Shown: one piece after another, positions 27,509-37,139 of the stretch
How positions within the stretch are numbered: position 1 is the stretch's first letter
How the letters are laid out: each line of letters begins with the position of its first letter
Origin: a virus
Reading direction: 5' to 3' (one strand)
IMG/VR virus record: IMGVR_UViG_3300033143_002031
Span: 96,001-160,000 of that record
Length of the DNA stretch: 64,000 nt
Translations under genes and position numbers: made by a program
The notes under the pieces: model-generated
The model's input: only the letters and a program-made list of their open reading frames with translations
Told to the model about the DNA's origin: nothing
The model's database searches: none

Positions 27509-29854
27509 GTGGATGTGACAGTCACAGGGTGGGCGTGGTTGCCCAAGGCGGACCTGACGCCAGACCAGATCGTGAACATGGAGCGCATGCTCACGGTTCA
27601 CCCGCAGAAGATCGGGGACTACCCGGGCGACGAGCCCCTGCCGATCCACCTGTATGCGAACGAGAGTGACCGCTTCGGCGTCCCCCGCGAGTTCTTTTTC
27701 AGCAATCGGCGTGCGACTCACAACATCGACCTCCAGGTCACAGAAGGATCTAAGGACTGGTGGCCGGCGGAGTTTGTCGGCCTCCTTCGGACGGAGCAGA
27801 AGACCGCTCTGAACGAGGTGGTGGCGATGTTCCGGGCCGGGCGGATGGGCGGGATCATCCAAGCCAAGCCGGGCTGGGGGAAGTGCCTGGGTATCGGAAC
27901 TCCCGTGCTCATGTTCGATGGAGCGATAAAGCCTGTCGAGGACATTCAAGATGGCGATCTTCTCATGGGGCCGGACAGCCGACCCCGCCGCGTTTTGTCT
28001 ACGACACGCGGCACCGGACCGCTATACGAGATCGTTCCGTTGCGTGGAGAGTCCTGGGTGTGCAACGACGCTCACATCTTGACTCTGGTTCACTCCCTGA
28101 CAGGAGAAGTACAGGATATTGAGGTGGGGGAGTACCTGAAGCTATCGAAGACGGAGCGGCATTACCTCAAGCAGTTTGCTCCGGAGCAAGGGGTCGACTT
28201 TCTCTCAGCCGAGCCACTTCTGCTGGACCCGTACTTTTTGGGGGTGTGGTTCGGGGACGGTACGAAGGGTGCGGACGAGGGGGTCTTGAGGAAGGTAGCG
28301 GTCACTAAGCGGGACGAAGAGATCAAGAAGCTGTGCGAGGATGTGGCGTCGAGGTACGGTCTCCATGTCCGCGTGGAAACTTCTGGAGGTACGCGGTGCC
28401 CTACCTACCATCTCACAACTGGCAGGACGGGAGGAGGCCGGAACGCGCTTCTCGATCTTTTGCGTCGTGTCGTGGGGGACGCATCTGAGGTCCCTCGTCA
28501 GTATCTCACCGCGTCCAGGTCGGATCGAAGGGCACTGCTCGCGGGTTTTTTGGACTCGGACGGCCACCTCAATAACGGTTATTTCGACATCGTGCAGAAG
28601 CGGCGCTCTTATGCGGAGGCCGTCATGTTCCTCGCCCGATCTCTTGGGTTTCGGGCGAGGGTGTCGGAGAAAATTGTACACGGGGAGGTCTACTGGCGCA
28701 TGGGTCTGTCCGGCGATTTCTCTACACTTCCCCTGCGTGTGTCCCGAAAGAAGGCCCCTCCCCGGCGACAGAAAAAGGTGCCTACTCGGACAGGGTTCGA
28801 TGTTCGTTTTGCGGGGACCGGGGCGTATGCGGGGTTTACGTTGGACGGGGACGGGCGGTTCCTCCTCGGAGATTTCACCGTGACTCACAACACGGTCGTG
28901 GCGCTGGCTATCGCTGCCGAGCTAGGTGTGCCTACCCTCGTCGTAGTCCACAAGGAATTTCTGATGGACCAGTGGACGGAGCGGATCGAGAAGTTCCTTC
29001 CGGCGGCGAAGATAGGTCGCGTCCAGCAAGACACCTGCGACTTCCGGGGCAAGACTGTGGTCATGGGCATGGTTCACTCCCTTGGAGGAGAGCAGCCCTA
29101 CCCTGAAGACCTGTGGGAGTGGCCGGGTTTGGTCATCGTGGACGAGGTGCACCGTATCGGAGCCCGCACGTGGGCTCCTGTTCCTCCGAGGTTCCAAGCC
29201 AAGTACCGCCTCGGATTCACGGCGACGCCCCGGCGCAAGGATGGCGCCGACGACGTGTTCTGGCAGCACATCGGTCCGATTATCTTCGCGGGGAAAGAGG
29301 AGCGATTGAAGCCCGTCGTCAAGCGAGTGTGGACCAAGTTCAAACTCGTGAAGACGGACCGCTTCAATCCGAATCTGGCCCCGAAGGCGCTCATCACTCG
29401 GTTCCTGGTCAAGAGCCGCTACCGCAACGATCTGATCGCGGAGCAACTCGTCTCAGCCTTGGAGGCGGGGAGGAAGATCCTTGTGCTGAGTGAGCGCTTG
29501 CAGCACCTACAGGACATGGAGTCGCAGCTTCGGAATATGTGGCCAGCGGTGGCCGGAGACGTTTCGATCGGTCAGTACGTCGGAGGTCGAACCAAGGTCC
29601 AACTCGAACGGTCGGCGCAGGCTAAGGTCATCTTCGCCACGTCTCAGTACGCGGCCGAGGGTCTGGACATCCCGGCGCTGGACACGCTGTTCCTGACCAC
29701 GCCAATGAGCGACGTGGAGCAGGCGGTGGGTCGTATTCAGAGGCCGCACCCGGACAAGAAAGATCCTATCGTGGTGGACTTCCGCGATGACTCGATTCCT
29801 ATGTTCGAGGCGATGGGTAGGAAACGAGAGAAGTTCTACACGAGGATAGCTTGA
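27509..29854 (+). CDS. Superfamily 2 (UvsW/XPB-like) helicase containing an intein
   Basis: AKPGWGK|T Walker A split by the intein, DEVH, GFTATP.R.DG, LDTLFL, EQAVGRIQR. Confidence 0.9.
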   Translation: MDVTVTGWAWLPKADLTPDQIVNMERMLTVHPQKIGDYPGDEPLPIHLYANESDRFGVPREFFFSNRRATHNIDLQVTEGSKDWWPAEFVGLLRTEQKTALNEVVAMFRAGRMGGIIQAKPGWGKCLGIGTPVLMFDGAIKPVEDIQDGDLLMGPDSRPRRVLSTTRGTGPLYEIVPLRGESWVCNDAHILTLVHSLTGEVQDIEVGEYLKLSKTERHYLKQFAPEQGVDFLSAEPLLLDPYFLGVWFGDGTKGADEGVLRKVAVTKRDEEIKKLCEDVASRYGLHVRVETSGGTRCPTYHLTTGRTGGGRNALLDLLRRVVGDASEVPRQYLTASRSDRRALLAGFLDSDGHLNNGYFDIVQKRRSYAEAVMFLARSLGFRARVSEKIVHGEVYWRMGLSGDFSTLPLRVSRKKAPPRRQKKVPTRTGFDVRFAGTGAYAGFTLDGDGRFLLGDFTVTHNTVVALAIAAELGVPTLVVVHKEFLMDQWTERIEKFLPAAKIGRVQQDTCDFRGKTVVMGMVHSLGGEQPYPEDLWEWPGLVIVDEVHRIGARTWAPVPPRFQAKYRLGFTATPRRKDGADDVFWQHIGPIIFAGKEERLKPVVKRVWTKFKLVKTDRFNPNLAPKALITRFLVKSRYRNDLIAEQLVSALEAGRKILVLSERLQHLQDMESQLRNMWPAVAGDVSIGQYVGGRTKVQLERSAQAKVIFATSQYAAEGLDIPALDTLFLTTPMSDVEQAVGRIQRPHPDKKDPIVVDFRDDSIPMFEAMGRKREKFYTRIA
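27884..28891 (+). mobile_element. Intein with LAGLIDADG homing endonuclease (336 aa)
   Basis: Starts CLGIGTPVLMFDG, ends FTVTHN followed by Thr; LGVWFGDG and LAGFLDSDG blocks; more T-rich codons than the host gene. Confidence 0.93.
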
Positions 29855-29879
29855 CAATCGGGGCCTATTTGGTAGAGGT
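29851..29879 (+). promoter_or_regulatory. Probable promoter
   Basis: TTGACA-ATCG...GG-TAGAGGT, ending about 6 nt before ATG 29886. Confidence 0.5.
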
Positions 29880-29885
29880 AGGGGG

Positions 29886-30686
29886 ATGCCCAGAGCCCCG
29901 AAAGCTCAGGACTACTTCCAGAAGTGGTATGACGACAATCGAGACGATCTGAATGAGCGTCGGCGTGAGAAGTACGCTAGTGACCCTATGTACCGAGCGA
30001 AGGTGCAGAAGTGGAACCGGGACGCCAGGGCACGCCGCCGGAAGGACGTCGAGAAAGAGGGGCTCCGAGCGAAGCGGGCTGTGAAGATGCAGACATCCGG
30101 GGCATGGAAGACGGTGCAGGTCGAGGTGGATGGCGTCATGGTACGCATGTTCACCATTGGGGCTCTTGCTCGTGCTATCGGAAAAGGCATCTCTACCATC
30201 CGCGTCTGGGAGCGCAACGGCACGCTCCCCCAGACCCCCTACAGGTCAAAGAAGGGGGACAGGCTCTACACCCTGGAGATGGTTGAGTCGATTCAGGTTG
30301 CGCTTCGCAAGGCAGGAAAACTCGAAATCGGTGCGCTGAAAGAGAAGAAGCGTCCGACCTACGTGGAGAAGGATGTCCGGTTCAAACGGCTAAAGACGCC
30401 GATCCGGATGAGGCTCTACAAGATCGGAACGCTCGCCAAGGCTGTGAACAGGACGGTGGTGGCTCTCACGCAGATGGAGAAGCGTGAGGTGCTGCCCAAA
30501 ACACCGCTCGTGTCGTCCTCCCTGTCGTACCGACTCTATACGCTCGACATGATCGAGGTCGTGCAAGGGGCGTTCGACAGGAGGGGAGGAGCGATCCGAG
30601 GGCAGTCCGAGTGGGAAGATTTCTACGACGAGATCGTGGATGGATGGACGAGGTTAGGAGTCATGGACGCGAGGTTGGAAGAATGA
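29886..30686 (+). CDS. Protein with two MerR-type HTH domains
   Basis: FTIGALARAIGKGISTIRVWERNG.LP...RLYT and YKIGTLAKAVNRTVVALTQMEKREVLP...RLYT. Confidence 0.8.
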   Translation: MPRAPKAQDYFQKWYDDNRDDLNERRREKYASDPMYRAKVQKWNRDARARRRKDVEKEGLRAKRAVKMQTSGAWKTVQVEVDGVMVRMFTIGALARAIGKGISTIRVWERNGTLPQTPYRSKKGDRLYTLEMVESIQVALRKAGKLEIGALKEKKRPTYVEKDVRFKRLKTPIRMRLYKIGTLAKAVNRTVVALTQMEKREVLPKTPLVSSSLSYRLYTLDMIEVVQGAFDRRGGAIRGQSEWEDFYDEIVDGWTRLGVMDARLEE

Positions 30687-31138
30687 AAACGAGTCCAGTC
30701 GAGGATGCTCACCCGACCCTTGAAAAGCAGGTCGAGGCGGACATGGAGCAGGTCGAGGAGGCCCTGACGGAGACGGTGGAGCCGGGAGGCATCGTCGCCA
30801 TGAAGCCCATCGTGATGCGAGTGCGCCGGCAGTACAAGGAGAGCGGTGACCTCGTGATCGACCCTGAAGAGGCGGTGGAGGAGATCCTGGTGCAGGACTT
30901 CCACACGGACCCCGCTCACGCGGGTCTGCGTGTGAACCACACGCTCAACCTCGGCAACTTCTGGTCTCTGTCGGTGCAGGTCTCGCTCGACGTACCGTGC
31001 TACCGCGAGGAGTACGCCGAGGCTCTGGAGTTTGTGGCCAAGACGGTCGGTGAGCGACTGGCCACGGAGATCGAGACCGGCCAGGAACGTGCTGCCGAGC
31101 TACGCAAATCCAAGGGCTCCGGGAAGCATCTGTTTTAG
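30683..31138 (+). CDS. Hypothetical protein
   Basis: ATGA overlap; in frame with ORF 30611. Confidence 0.6.
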   Translation: MKTSPVEDAHPTLEKQVEADMEQVEEALTETVEPGGIVAMKPIVMRVRRQYKESGDLVIDPEEAVEEILVQDFHTDPAHAGLRVNHTLNLGNFWSLSVQVSLDVPCYREEYAEALEFVAKTVGERLATEIETGQERAAELRKSKGSGKHLF

Positions 31139-31146
31139 GGGGACTC

Positions 31147-32256
31147 ATGGCGAAGTCGAAAGAGGACCGATTCAAAGCGCTTATGGCGAGCGAGTTGATC
31201 GCCAAGATCAAGAAGAAGCACGGCAAGAACATCCTCACGCCGGCCGACGAGTTCCGGATCAAGAAGATCCCGCGCATCCCCACTGGCATCTTTTTCTATG
31301 ACTACGCCCTCGGGGGCGGGGGTTTCCCCGGGGGGCGGACGAACATCGTCTGGGGGCACAAGAGCACCGGCAAGACGGTTATCTGCCTGCGAGCCATGGG
31401 CAATGCTCAGAAGCTATGTGCCAATTGCTACACGTTCCCGGACGAGGAGACGGGGGAGTGCCAGTGCGGGAAGTTCCGCGAGACCATCTGTTGCTTCCTC
31501 GATGTCGAGGGTTCGTGGGATCACGAGTGGGCCAGGCTACACGGGGTGAACCCTGACCGGGTGCTTCTGTCCGTTCCCGAGTACGCAGAGCAAACTCTGG
31601 ACATCGCCGAGGCGCTGCTTCGGTCGGGTGACGTGGACTTTCTTGTCATCGACTCGTTGGCTTTCCTCACGCCCGCGAAGGAGATCGAGGAGAGTGCCGG
31701 CAAGGCTCTCCAGGCGGAGCAGGCGCGTGTTCTCGGCCGAGGCATCCGCAAGTTCGGCGCGGCTCTAAACCACATGGGCAACGTCACCGGGCGCCGACCC
31801 ACCTTGCTCTTCACGAACCAGATTCGGATGAAGGTCGGGCTGCTCTTTGGCAATCCAGAGACGCAACCGGGCGGCTACGCTCCGGGCTTCTCTGCGACGA
31901 CCGAGACCAAGACCTACGGCGGCAAGTACGTGATGGACGAGGTGACCGGGCGACCCCTTCACGTGGATATGTCGTTCCGGGTCGAGAAGAACAAGTCGTC
32001 CGGGGCGAAGATCGAAGGGGAGTGGCGGCTCATGCTGGCCGACACGACCATCAAAAAGAAGGGCGAGGTCTACGAGGAGCCCCCTATGGTTGACATGGGG
32101 ATCAAGATCGGGCTCGTCGAGAAGTCTGGGAACGGTTGGACATGCCTCGGAGAGAAGTACAAGTCGAAATCTCTTCTGGTCACAGCGATGGTGGAGAACG
32201 CGGCCCTGAAGAAGCAGTTCGGGGAGACGCTGATGGGCGTGTTGACGGCGGCGTAG
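31147..32256 (+). CDS. recA: RecA-family recombinase
   Basis: IPTG, Walker A GHKSTGKT, LVIDSLA.L, NQIRMKVG..FGNPET.PGG, VEKNK. Confidence 0.93.
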   Translation: MAKSKEDRFKALMASELIAKIKKKHGKNILTPADEFRIKKIPRIPTGIFFYDYALGGGGFPGGRTNIVWGHKSTGKTVICLRAMGNAQKLCANCYTFPDEETGECQCGKFRETICCFLDVEGSWDHEWARLHGVNPDRVLLSVPEYAEQTLDIAEALLRSGDVDFLVIDSLAFLTPAKEIEESAGKALQAEQARVLGRGIRKFGAALNHMGNVTGRRPTLLFTNQIRMKVGLLFGNPETQPGGYAPGFSATTETKTYGGKYVMDEVTGRPLHVDMSFRVEKNKSSGAKIEGEWRLMLADTTIKKKGEVYEEPPMVDMGIKIGLVEKSGNGWTCLGEKYKSKSLLVTAMVENAALKKQFGETLMGVLTAA

Positions 32257-32648
32257 ACGGCCCCAGACCCAAGGCGTTCGATGCCAACTATGACCGGGCG
32301 AAGAAGTCCTCTCGGGAAGAGAAGAAGGTCGCCAAGCGACTTGGAGGGCGCACCCACGCCCGCTCTGGTGGGCTCCCTTGGTCGAAGAGCGACCCCACCA
32401 CGGTCTGCGGGGACATCACCACCCCCGACCTCCATATAGAGCACAAGCGGATTGAGCCCAACACCAAGTCGATCGGTGTCAAGCGCGACTGGCTTCGGAA
32501 GGTCACGGTCGGGGCCAAGCGTCGGATGAAGATCCCGGCGATGGTGTTCCACTACGAGGGGGCGTCAGGCTATGCCGAGGACTGGCTCATGTTGCCGATG
32601 GACGTGGCCGAGCGGTTGTTGGCCATGATGCGAGAGGGTGACGAGTGA
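32142..32648 (+). CDS. Hjc-like PD-(D/E)XK nuclease / Holliday junction resolvase
   Basis: E.KVAKRLGG...SG...GDI....IEHK; the only available starts overlap recA, so the start is uncertain. Confidence 0.7.
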   Translation: MPRREVQVEISSGHSDGGERGPEEAVRGDADGRVDGGVDGPRPKAFDANYDRAKKSSREEKKVAKRLGGRTHARSGGLPWSKSDPTTVCGDITTPDLHIEHKRIEPNTKSIGVKRDWLRKVTVGAKRRMKIPAMVFHYEGASGYAEDWLMLPMDVAERLLAMMREGDE

Positions 32649-33010
32649 CTGGCAAGCCGATGCTCCTAAAAGACCTCGAACGCATGCGGCCGTATCTCCA
32701 TGTGTCAGCCTTCGATCGTGTGCGAGTGATCATAGGAAGAGGGGACCGCAATCTCCAACTGGACCTGGAGTGCGTCGCCTGTGAAGACCTGCTAGAATGG
32801 GACGCCTCTAAGGGCTGGTGGGTCTGTCCAGGCTGCCAGCAAGAGACGACGGACCGGGAGGGCGCCGACCTGCTCCGGGCCTGCTACAAAGGGCTCGGAG
32901 AGGTGCTAGGCGAGACGGATGACGAGGTGGCTCACACCTGCGAGCCAAAGGACGCTGGAAGGGGTATAGGACGATGGGTACGGAGGCTCACGGGGATCTC
33001 AAGCCGCTGA
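32645..33010 (+). CDS. Zinc-ribbon hypothetical protein
   Basis: CVAC...CPGC; GTGA overlap. Confidence 0.6.
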   Translation: MTGKPMLLKDLERMRPYLHVSAFDRVRVIIGRGDRNLQLDLECVACEDLLEWDASKGWWVCPGCQQETTDREGADLLRACYKGLGEVLGETDDEVAHTCEPKDAGRGIGRWVRRLTGISSR

Positions 33011-33864
33011 TTCGTAGCTCCATTCCGGAAGAGCGAGAGAAGCCGCCACTAACCGAGGACTCGTGGATCAGAGTCTCCGGTCTCGCAATGATGTGTGCTC
33101 GGGAGGAGGTGCTCGCTGTCCGGGGCGAGATCATCCGAGCCGACAACGTGGGTGCCGACCTCATGCTCATCTTCGAGCACGGTAATGGGCTCCACTGGGA
33201 CCTCCAGAACCGCATCCTGCCGCAGACGAAAACTCTGTTCGGGCGCTGGCTCTGCGCGGTGTGCGGAACCCACCACGGAGGTCGGTCGCTATGGGGCGAG
33301 CCTGACCCCGAGGAGACGTACCCGATCTTTCCGGACGAGCCCGAAAGGGACCACACGTTCGAGGATTCTCAGATACTCCGCCCCGAGGTGTGTCCGAAGT
33401 GTGGGAGCGTCCTCACGTCCGACAACAGCATCTTCGAGGAGCAGTGGATCAAGGACCCGGAGTACCGCCTAGCGGGCCACCCAGATGGCTTTCTGCGCTT
33501 GGAAGGCATGCCAGGGCTTGGGGTCCTAGAGGTCAAGTCGATCAGCCCACGAGGGGCCTACGAGGTCCGCACCTGCGCGAAGCTGGACCATGTGACGCAG
33601 GCGCAATGCTACATGTGGATGACCGGCTGCCAGTGGGGCAAGGTGCTCTACTGGGACAAGGGTACGGGCGGTATGAAGGGCCTGATCGAGCACACGGTCG
33701 AGTACGACGAGGACCACGTGGAGGCCATGCAGAACCTCGTTCGTGACATCTGGACCGGCGTCAAGGACGAGACCAGCAAACTCCCCGAGCGCATCTGCGC
33801 GTCTTCGGACTGCAAGCGGGCGGACCTCTGTGCCTGCGTCGAGCCTTGTTTCGAGGCCGACTGA
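32974..33864 (+). CDS. Cas4-like PD-(D/E)XK exonuclease
   Basis: HG..LH..LQ, GHPDG, LEVKS, Q.QCYM, C-terminal Cys cluster. Confidence 0.8.
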   Translation: MGTEAHGDLKPLIRSSIPEEREKPPLTEDSWIRVSGLAMMCAREEVLAVRGEIIRADNVGADLMLIFEHGNGLHWDLQNRILPQTKTLFGRWLCAVCGTHHGGRSLWGEPDPEETYPIFPDEPERDHTFEDSQILRPEVCPKCGSVLTSDNSIFEEQWIKDPEYRLAGHPDGFLRLEGMPGLGVLEVKSISPRGAYEVRTCAKLDHVTQAQCYMWMTGCQWGKVLYWDKGTGGMKGLIEHTVEYDEDHVEAMQNLVRDIWTGVKDETSKLPERICASSDCKRADLCACVEPCFEAD

Positions 33865-34298
33865 TGGGGCACGACACGATCATCGACGACCCTGCATTCC
33901 TCCAGGTCGCCTCTCCCAAGTTCGTCTTCCTCGATCCAAAGGTGCTCCGTCCCCTCCCCCAGTCGCTCTGGAACATCTCATGCGAGGAGTGCGACAAGCG
34001 CCAGTCGGTCTGGGAACATTTCCCACCGGAACTTCCTTCTGGGGTTCGGAAGGGTACCCCCGTGTGCTCCCTGTGCTGGCTCTATGAGTCGGCGTGGGGG
34101 AAGGAGAACCGGGAGGCTGTCGACTGCATGATTCGCGCCGTGGAGGTCCAGAAGGAAGAGATCTTCCGCAAGGCGGGCGACGGCTGTCTCTGGTCCTGTA
34201 GGGATGCAGATCGTATCCTCGGAGCGATCGGTGTGACGTCAAGGATTGCAGAGCACCATGCACGAATGGCGATGTTCGGGGGAGACGATGGATCGTGA
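33864..34298 (+). CDS. Zn-binding hypothetical protein
   Basis: CEEC...CSLC; TGATG overlap. Confidence 0.6.
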   Translation: MGHDTIIDDPAFLQVASPKFVFLDPKVLRPLPQSLWNISCEECDKRQSVWEHFPPELPSGVRKGTPVCSLCWLYESAWGKENREAVDCMIRAVEVQKEEIFRKAGDGCLWSCRDADRILGAIGVTSRIAEHHARMAMFGGDDGS

Positions 34299-34878
34299 AG
34301 TTTACATTCTTGGGTTGGACCCCGGGTTTGCATCGTTTGGTTTCGGGATCGTGCGGCTATCCTCCTCGTCTGAGAAGGTGATGACGACTGATGTCATCCG
34401 CACTCAGAAGTCCGAGAAGAAGAAGGGCGTCAAGGCTGCCGACGACAATTTTCACAGAGGTCAGGCTATCTCGGCTGTGCTCCATGAAACCGTGAAGGAG
34501 TGGAAGCCTATGGCCATTGCAGCGGAGGCTGCATCGTGGCCCCGGAACGCCGGAGCCGCTACGAAAGTTGCCCTGTCGTGGGGCATCATTATCGACCTCT
34601 GCTACATCTACCAGTTGCCGATGGTCCAGGCGAGCCCGCAGGAGATCAAGAAAGCTCTCTGCAACAACAAGTCGGCTACGAAAGAGGACGTCCGGCGTGT
34701 CCTAGAGGCTCGCTACCCGTGCCAGTTCGACGGGTTCAAGGCACGCTTCCCGGCCAGGAAGCCTCCCCAGCCCAACGGTCAGTGGGAGCACGGCTTCGAT
34801 GCGGTAGGCGCCGTGGTCACATGTCTGGACAGCGACGTCATCCGCATGGCAAGAGGGATGGCATCATGCGAGGAATAA
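34288..34878 (+). CDS. ruvC: RuvC-like Holliday junction resolvase
   Basis: ILGLDPG...GFG, IAAE, EIKKA....ATKEDV, H..DA. Confidence 0.85.
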   Translation: MDREVYILGLDPGFASFGFGIVRLSSSSEKVMTTDVIRTQKSEKKKGVKAADDNFHRGQAISAVLHETVKEWKPMAIAAEAASWPRNAGAATKVALSWGIIIDLCYIYQLPMVQASPQEIKKALCNNKSATKEDVRRVLEARYPCQFDGFKARFPARKPPQPNGQWEHGFDAVGAVVTCLDSDVIRMARGMASCEE

Positions 34879-35177
34879 ACAAGGTGATCGTCTCGGGCAA
34901 CGTGTCTCGCGAGATCAACTATGGCACCCTGCCGGACGATTCGCCGGTCCTATCGTTCACGATGGCGTCGGACCGCGCTGCCAACGGTGCCACCATCACG
35001 GCATGGGCGAAGATCAACGTCTACATCGACATCCTGGTTGAGCAGTGTCGCACGCATCTCTTTTGCGGGGGGTATGTCATCGTGGAGGGCGAACTCATGA
35101 ACCGTGAGGGGCGCCATGGAAAACTCATGGAGGTGCGAGCGAAGGAGATCATCTTCGTGAAGGAGGGTAGGAAGTGA
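34866..35177 (+). CDS. ssb: Bacterial-type SSB OB fold lacking the acidic tail
   Basis: INKVIVSGN, F.MA.DR, G.YV.VEG.L, EV.A.EI.F; ends right after the fold. Confidence 0.85.
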   Translation: MRGINKVIVSGNVSREINYGTLPDDSPVLSFTMASDRAANGATITAWAKINVYIDILVEQCRTHLFCGGYVIVEGELMNREGRHGKLMEVRAKEIIFVKEGRK

Positions 35178-36040
35178 GCAACGTGGCGGCGATTGCGGAA
35201 CTTCCGGGATCGGAAGCGTGGGGCGCGAAGATACGAAAGCGAGCGCGAGCACTGGTCAAGACCATCGACCAGGGCTATATGGAGTTGGCGGAGATCCTCC
35301 ATACTGTCTGGGCCACCCCGATCAACAACGAGTCCCACAATGCCTGCGTCACCGTGGCGTGGGGTTACGAGAGCTACGTCCAGTGGGGCGAGGAGGAGCT
35401 AGGTCTCCACAAGCGCAAGATCGAGCGCTTGAAGGCCATATGGCACCACTTCCACATCACGCTGGGCGGAAAACTCGATCGCCCGACTCGGAAGAAGATC
35501 ATCGCGCTCGGATGGACTAAGGTCCGAGAGTTGATCCGCGTCATTGACGCGGATAACGCGGAGAAGTGGGTCGAAGTGGCAGAGCACCTGAACTACGACG
35601 AGTTGTGTGAGGCCATCCGTCGCGCGCTGGAAGCCCGAGAGAAGCACGACCAGGCGAGGGCGGTGGGCACCGCCGACGACGAGGACGACGACGAGTTCAA
35701 GGGGGCTCCCCCACCGGACGACGCGGACCGCTTCAAAAAGATGTGGTTCAACCTCACGCCCGAGCAGAAGGCCAACATCGAGATGGCCATCGGGCGCGCG
35801 AAGCAACTGGCAAACTCGGACAGGCCGGGGCACTGTCTGGACCTCATCTGTACCGACTTCCTGAGCACGAACGACTTCCGGAAGGCCGACGACCCCAACA
35901 GACACCTTATCTTCCTCGCCAAGTTCGAGCGACTGCTGGGCAAGAGACTCGTCGTGATCGACGCGGCGACGTGGGTGATCGAGTACGGCATGGATGCCCT
36001 GTCGAGGGCTGCCGAGGTCTTGGAGGCGAACGATGAGTGA
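35174..36040 (+). CDS. Hypothetical phage protein, possible HTH
   Basis: GTGA overlap; GC3-rich; helical pattern. Confidence 0.7.
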   Translation: MSNVAAIAELPGSEAWGAKIRKRARALVKTIDQGYMELAEILHTVWATPINNESHNACVTVAWGYESYVQWGEEELGLHKRKIERLKAIWHHFHITLGGKLDRPTRKKIIALGWTKVRELIRVIDADNAEKWVEVAEHLNYDELCEAIRRALEAREKHDQARAVGTADDEDDDEFKGAPPPDDADRFKKMWFNLTPEQKANIEMAIGRAKQLANSDRPGHCLDLICTDFLSTNDFRKADDPNRHLIFLAKFERLLGKRLVVIDAATWVIEYGMDALSRAAEVLEANDE

Positions 36041-36272
36041 TCTGAATCTGGTGCTACCCATAACCCCAGACAACCTGCACACCGAGTTGGAGCACATCGA
36101 GGCGACCGTCAAGAAGTGGCGGGAGTACATTGGCCAGGGCATTGTCGGGATCGACAAGCCGGCTCCGGACTCTGACGAGAAGCTGGACGCCTTCCTCCGG
36201 CAGTTTACCGGCGAGATGTTCTTTGTCGCTGGCAAGTGCCAGAACATGGCTGTCGTGCTGTCCGAGCGATGA
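36033..36272 (+). CDS. Hypothetical protein
   Basis: ATG 36033 after GGAGG; overlaps both neighbours. Confidence 0.55.
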   Translation: MSDLNLVLPITPDNLHTELEHIEATVKKWREYIGQGIVGIDKPAPDSDEKLDAFLRQFTGEMFFVAGKCQNMAVVLSER

Positions 36273-37090
36273 CCCATAAGAAGAAGCTAGAAGGCAGAAC
36301 GATCTTTGAGATGCTGGACCCGACCCTTCTGGACAACAACCCTTGGAATCCGAACACGCTGGATCAGGACGACTTCAATCGGCTTGTGAGCGAGATCGAG
36401 GACGTAGGATTTATAGCTCCTGTGCAGGTCATCCCAGTCGATGGTGGGAGGTATCGGATCATCGGAGGAGAGCACCGCGTCGCGGCGGCTGTGGACCTAC
36501 GTCTTCCTTCTATTCCGGCCATGGTGCTCGATGGACCACGCTGGAAGGATGAAGACCTCCAGAAGCTCGTCACGGTGCGCCTGAATGTCCTGAGAGGGAA
36601 GCTCAACCCGGACAAGATGGCGCTGCTCTATCACCAGATGGCGAAGAGGTACGGAGAGGACGCTCTCCAGAGCCTCTTCGCCTACACGGACACGCACGGC
36701 TGGGACAAGTTGGTCAGCGGGATCAAGCAGGGCCTCTCGAAGGCGGCGCTGCCGAAGGACAAGCAGAAGGAGTTTGCTGAGAAGGCGAAGGAAGCCAAGA
36801 CCCTGAAAGACCTCGAACGCATCCTCAACGAACTGTGGTCGAGCTACGGGGACACGGTGCAGCTATCCTTCATGGTCTTCACCTACGGCAAGCGGGAGCA
36901 CTTCTACATCGCCATGGATAAGAAGACCCGGGAGGCGGTCAGGCGCATCGGAGACCACTGCAAGGGCCACGCGAAAGACATCAACACCGTCCTCGGTCCG
37001 GCACTCCAAGCGCTCGCTGACGTCCTCGACAAGAGCGAGTCGAAGAAGACCTCCAAGGCGAAGCCCCAGCAAGATGACGTCGGCTTCTGA
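36269..37090 (+). CDS. ParB/Srx N-terminal-domain protein
   Basis: NPWNPN, GFIAPV.V, YRIIGGEHRV.AA. Confidence 0.82.
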   Translation: MTHKKKLEGRTIFEMLDPTLLDNNPWNPNTLDQDDFNRLVSEIEDVGFIAPVQVIPVDGGRYRIIGGEHRVAAAVDLRLPSIPAMVLDGPRWKDEDLQKLVTVRLNVLRGKLNPDKMALLYHQMAKRYGEDALQSLFAYTDTHGWDKLVSGIKQGLSKAALPKDKQKEFAEKAKEAKTLKDLERILNELWSSYGDTVQLSFMVFTYGKREHFYIAMDKKTREAVRRIGDHCKGHAKDINTVLGPALQALADVLDKSESKKTSKAKPQQDDVGF

Positions 37091-37139
37091 CCTGTGGTAC
37101 TCCTAAACTCGGCCGAGAGATCGGTAGGGGTAGACGACC

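Noticed and set aside
32136-32256. ~115-nt overlap of the Hjc-like ORF with recA as dual coding or frameshift
   Set aside because: The overlapping peptide looks like shadow sequence and no slip site was found; most likely an unresolved start codon.
32974-33864. Cas4-like nuclease as a sign of a CRISPR system
   Set aside because: No repeat-spacer array or other cas genes in the window; it sits in a recombination operon, as solo Cas4-like nucleases commonly do in phages.
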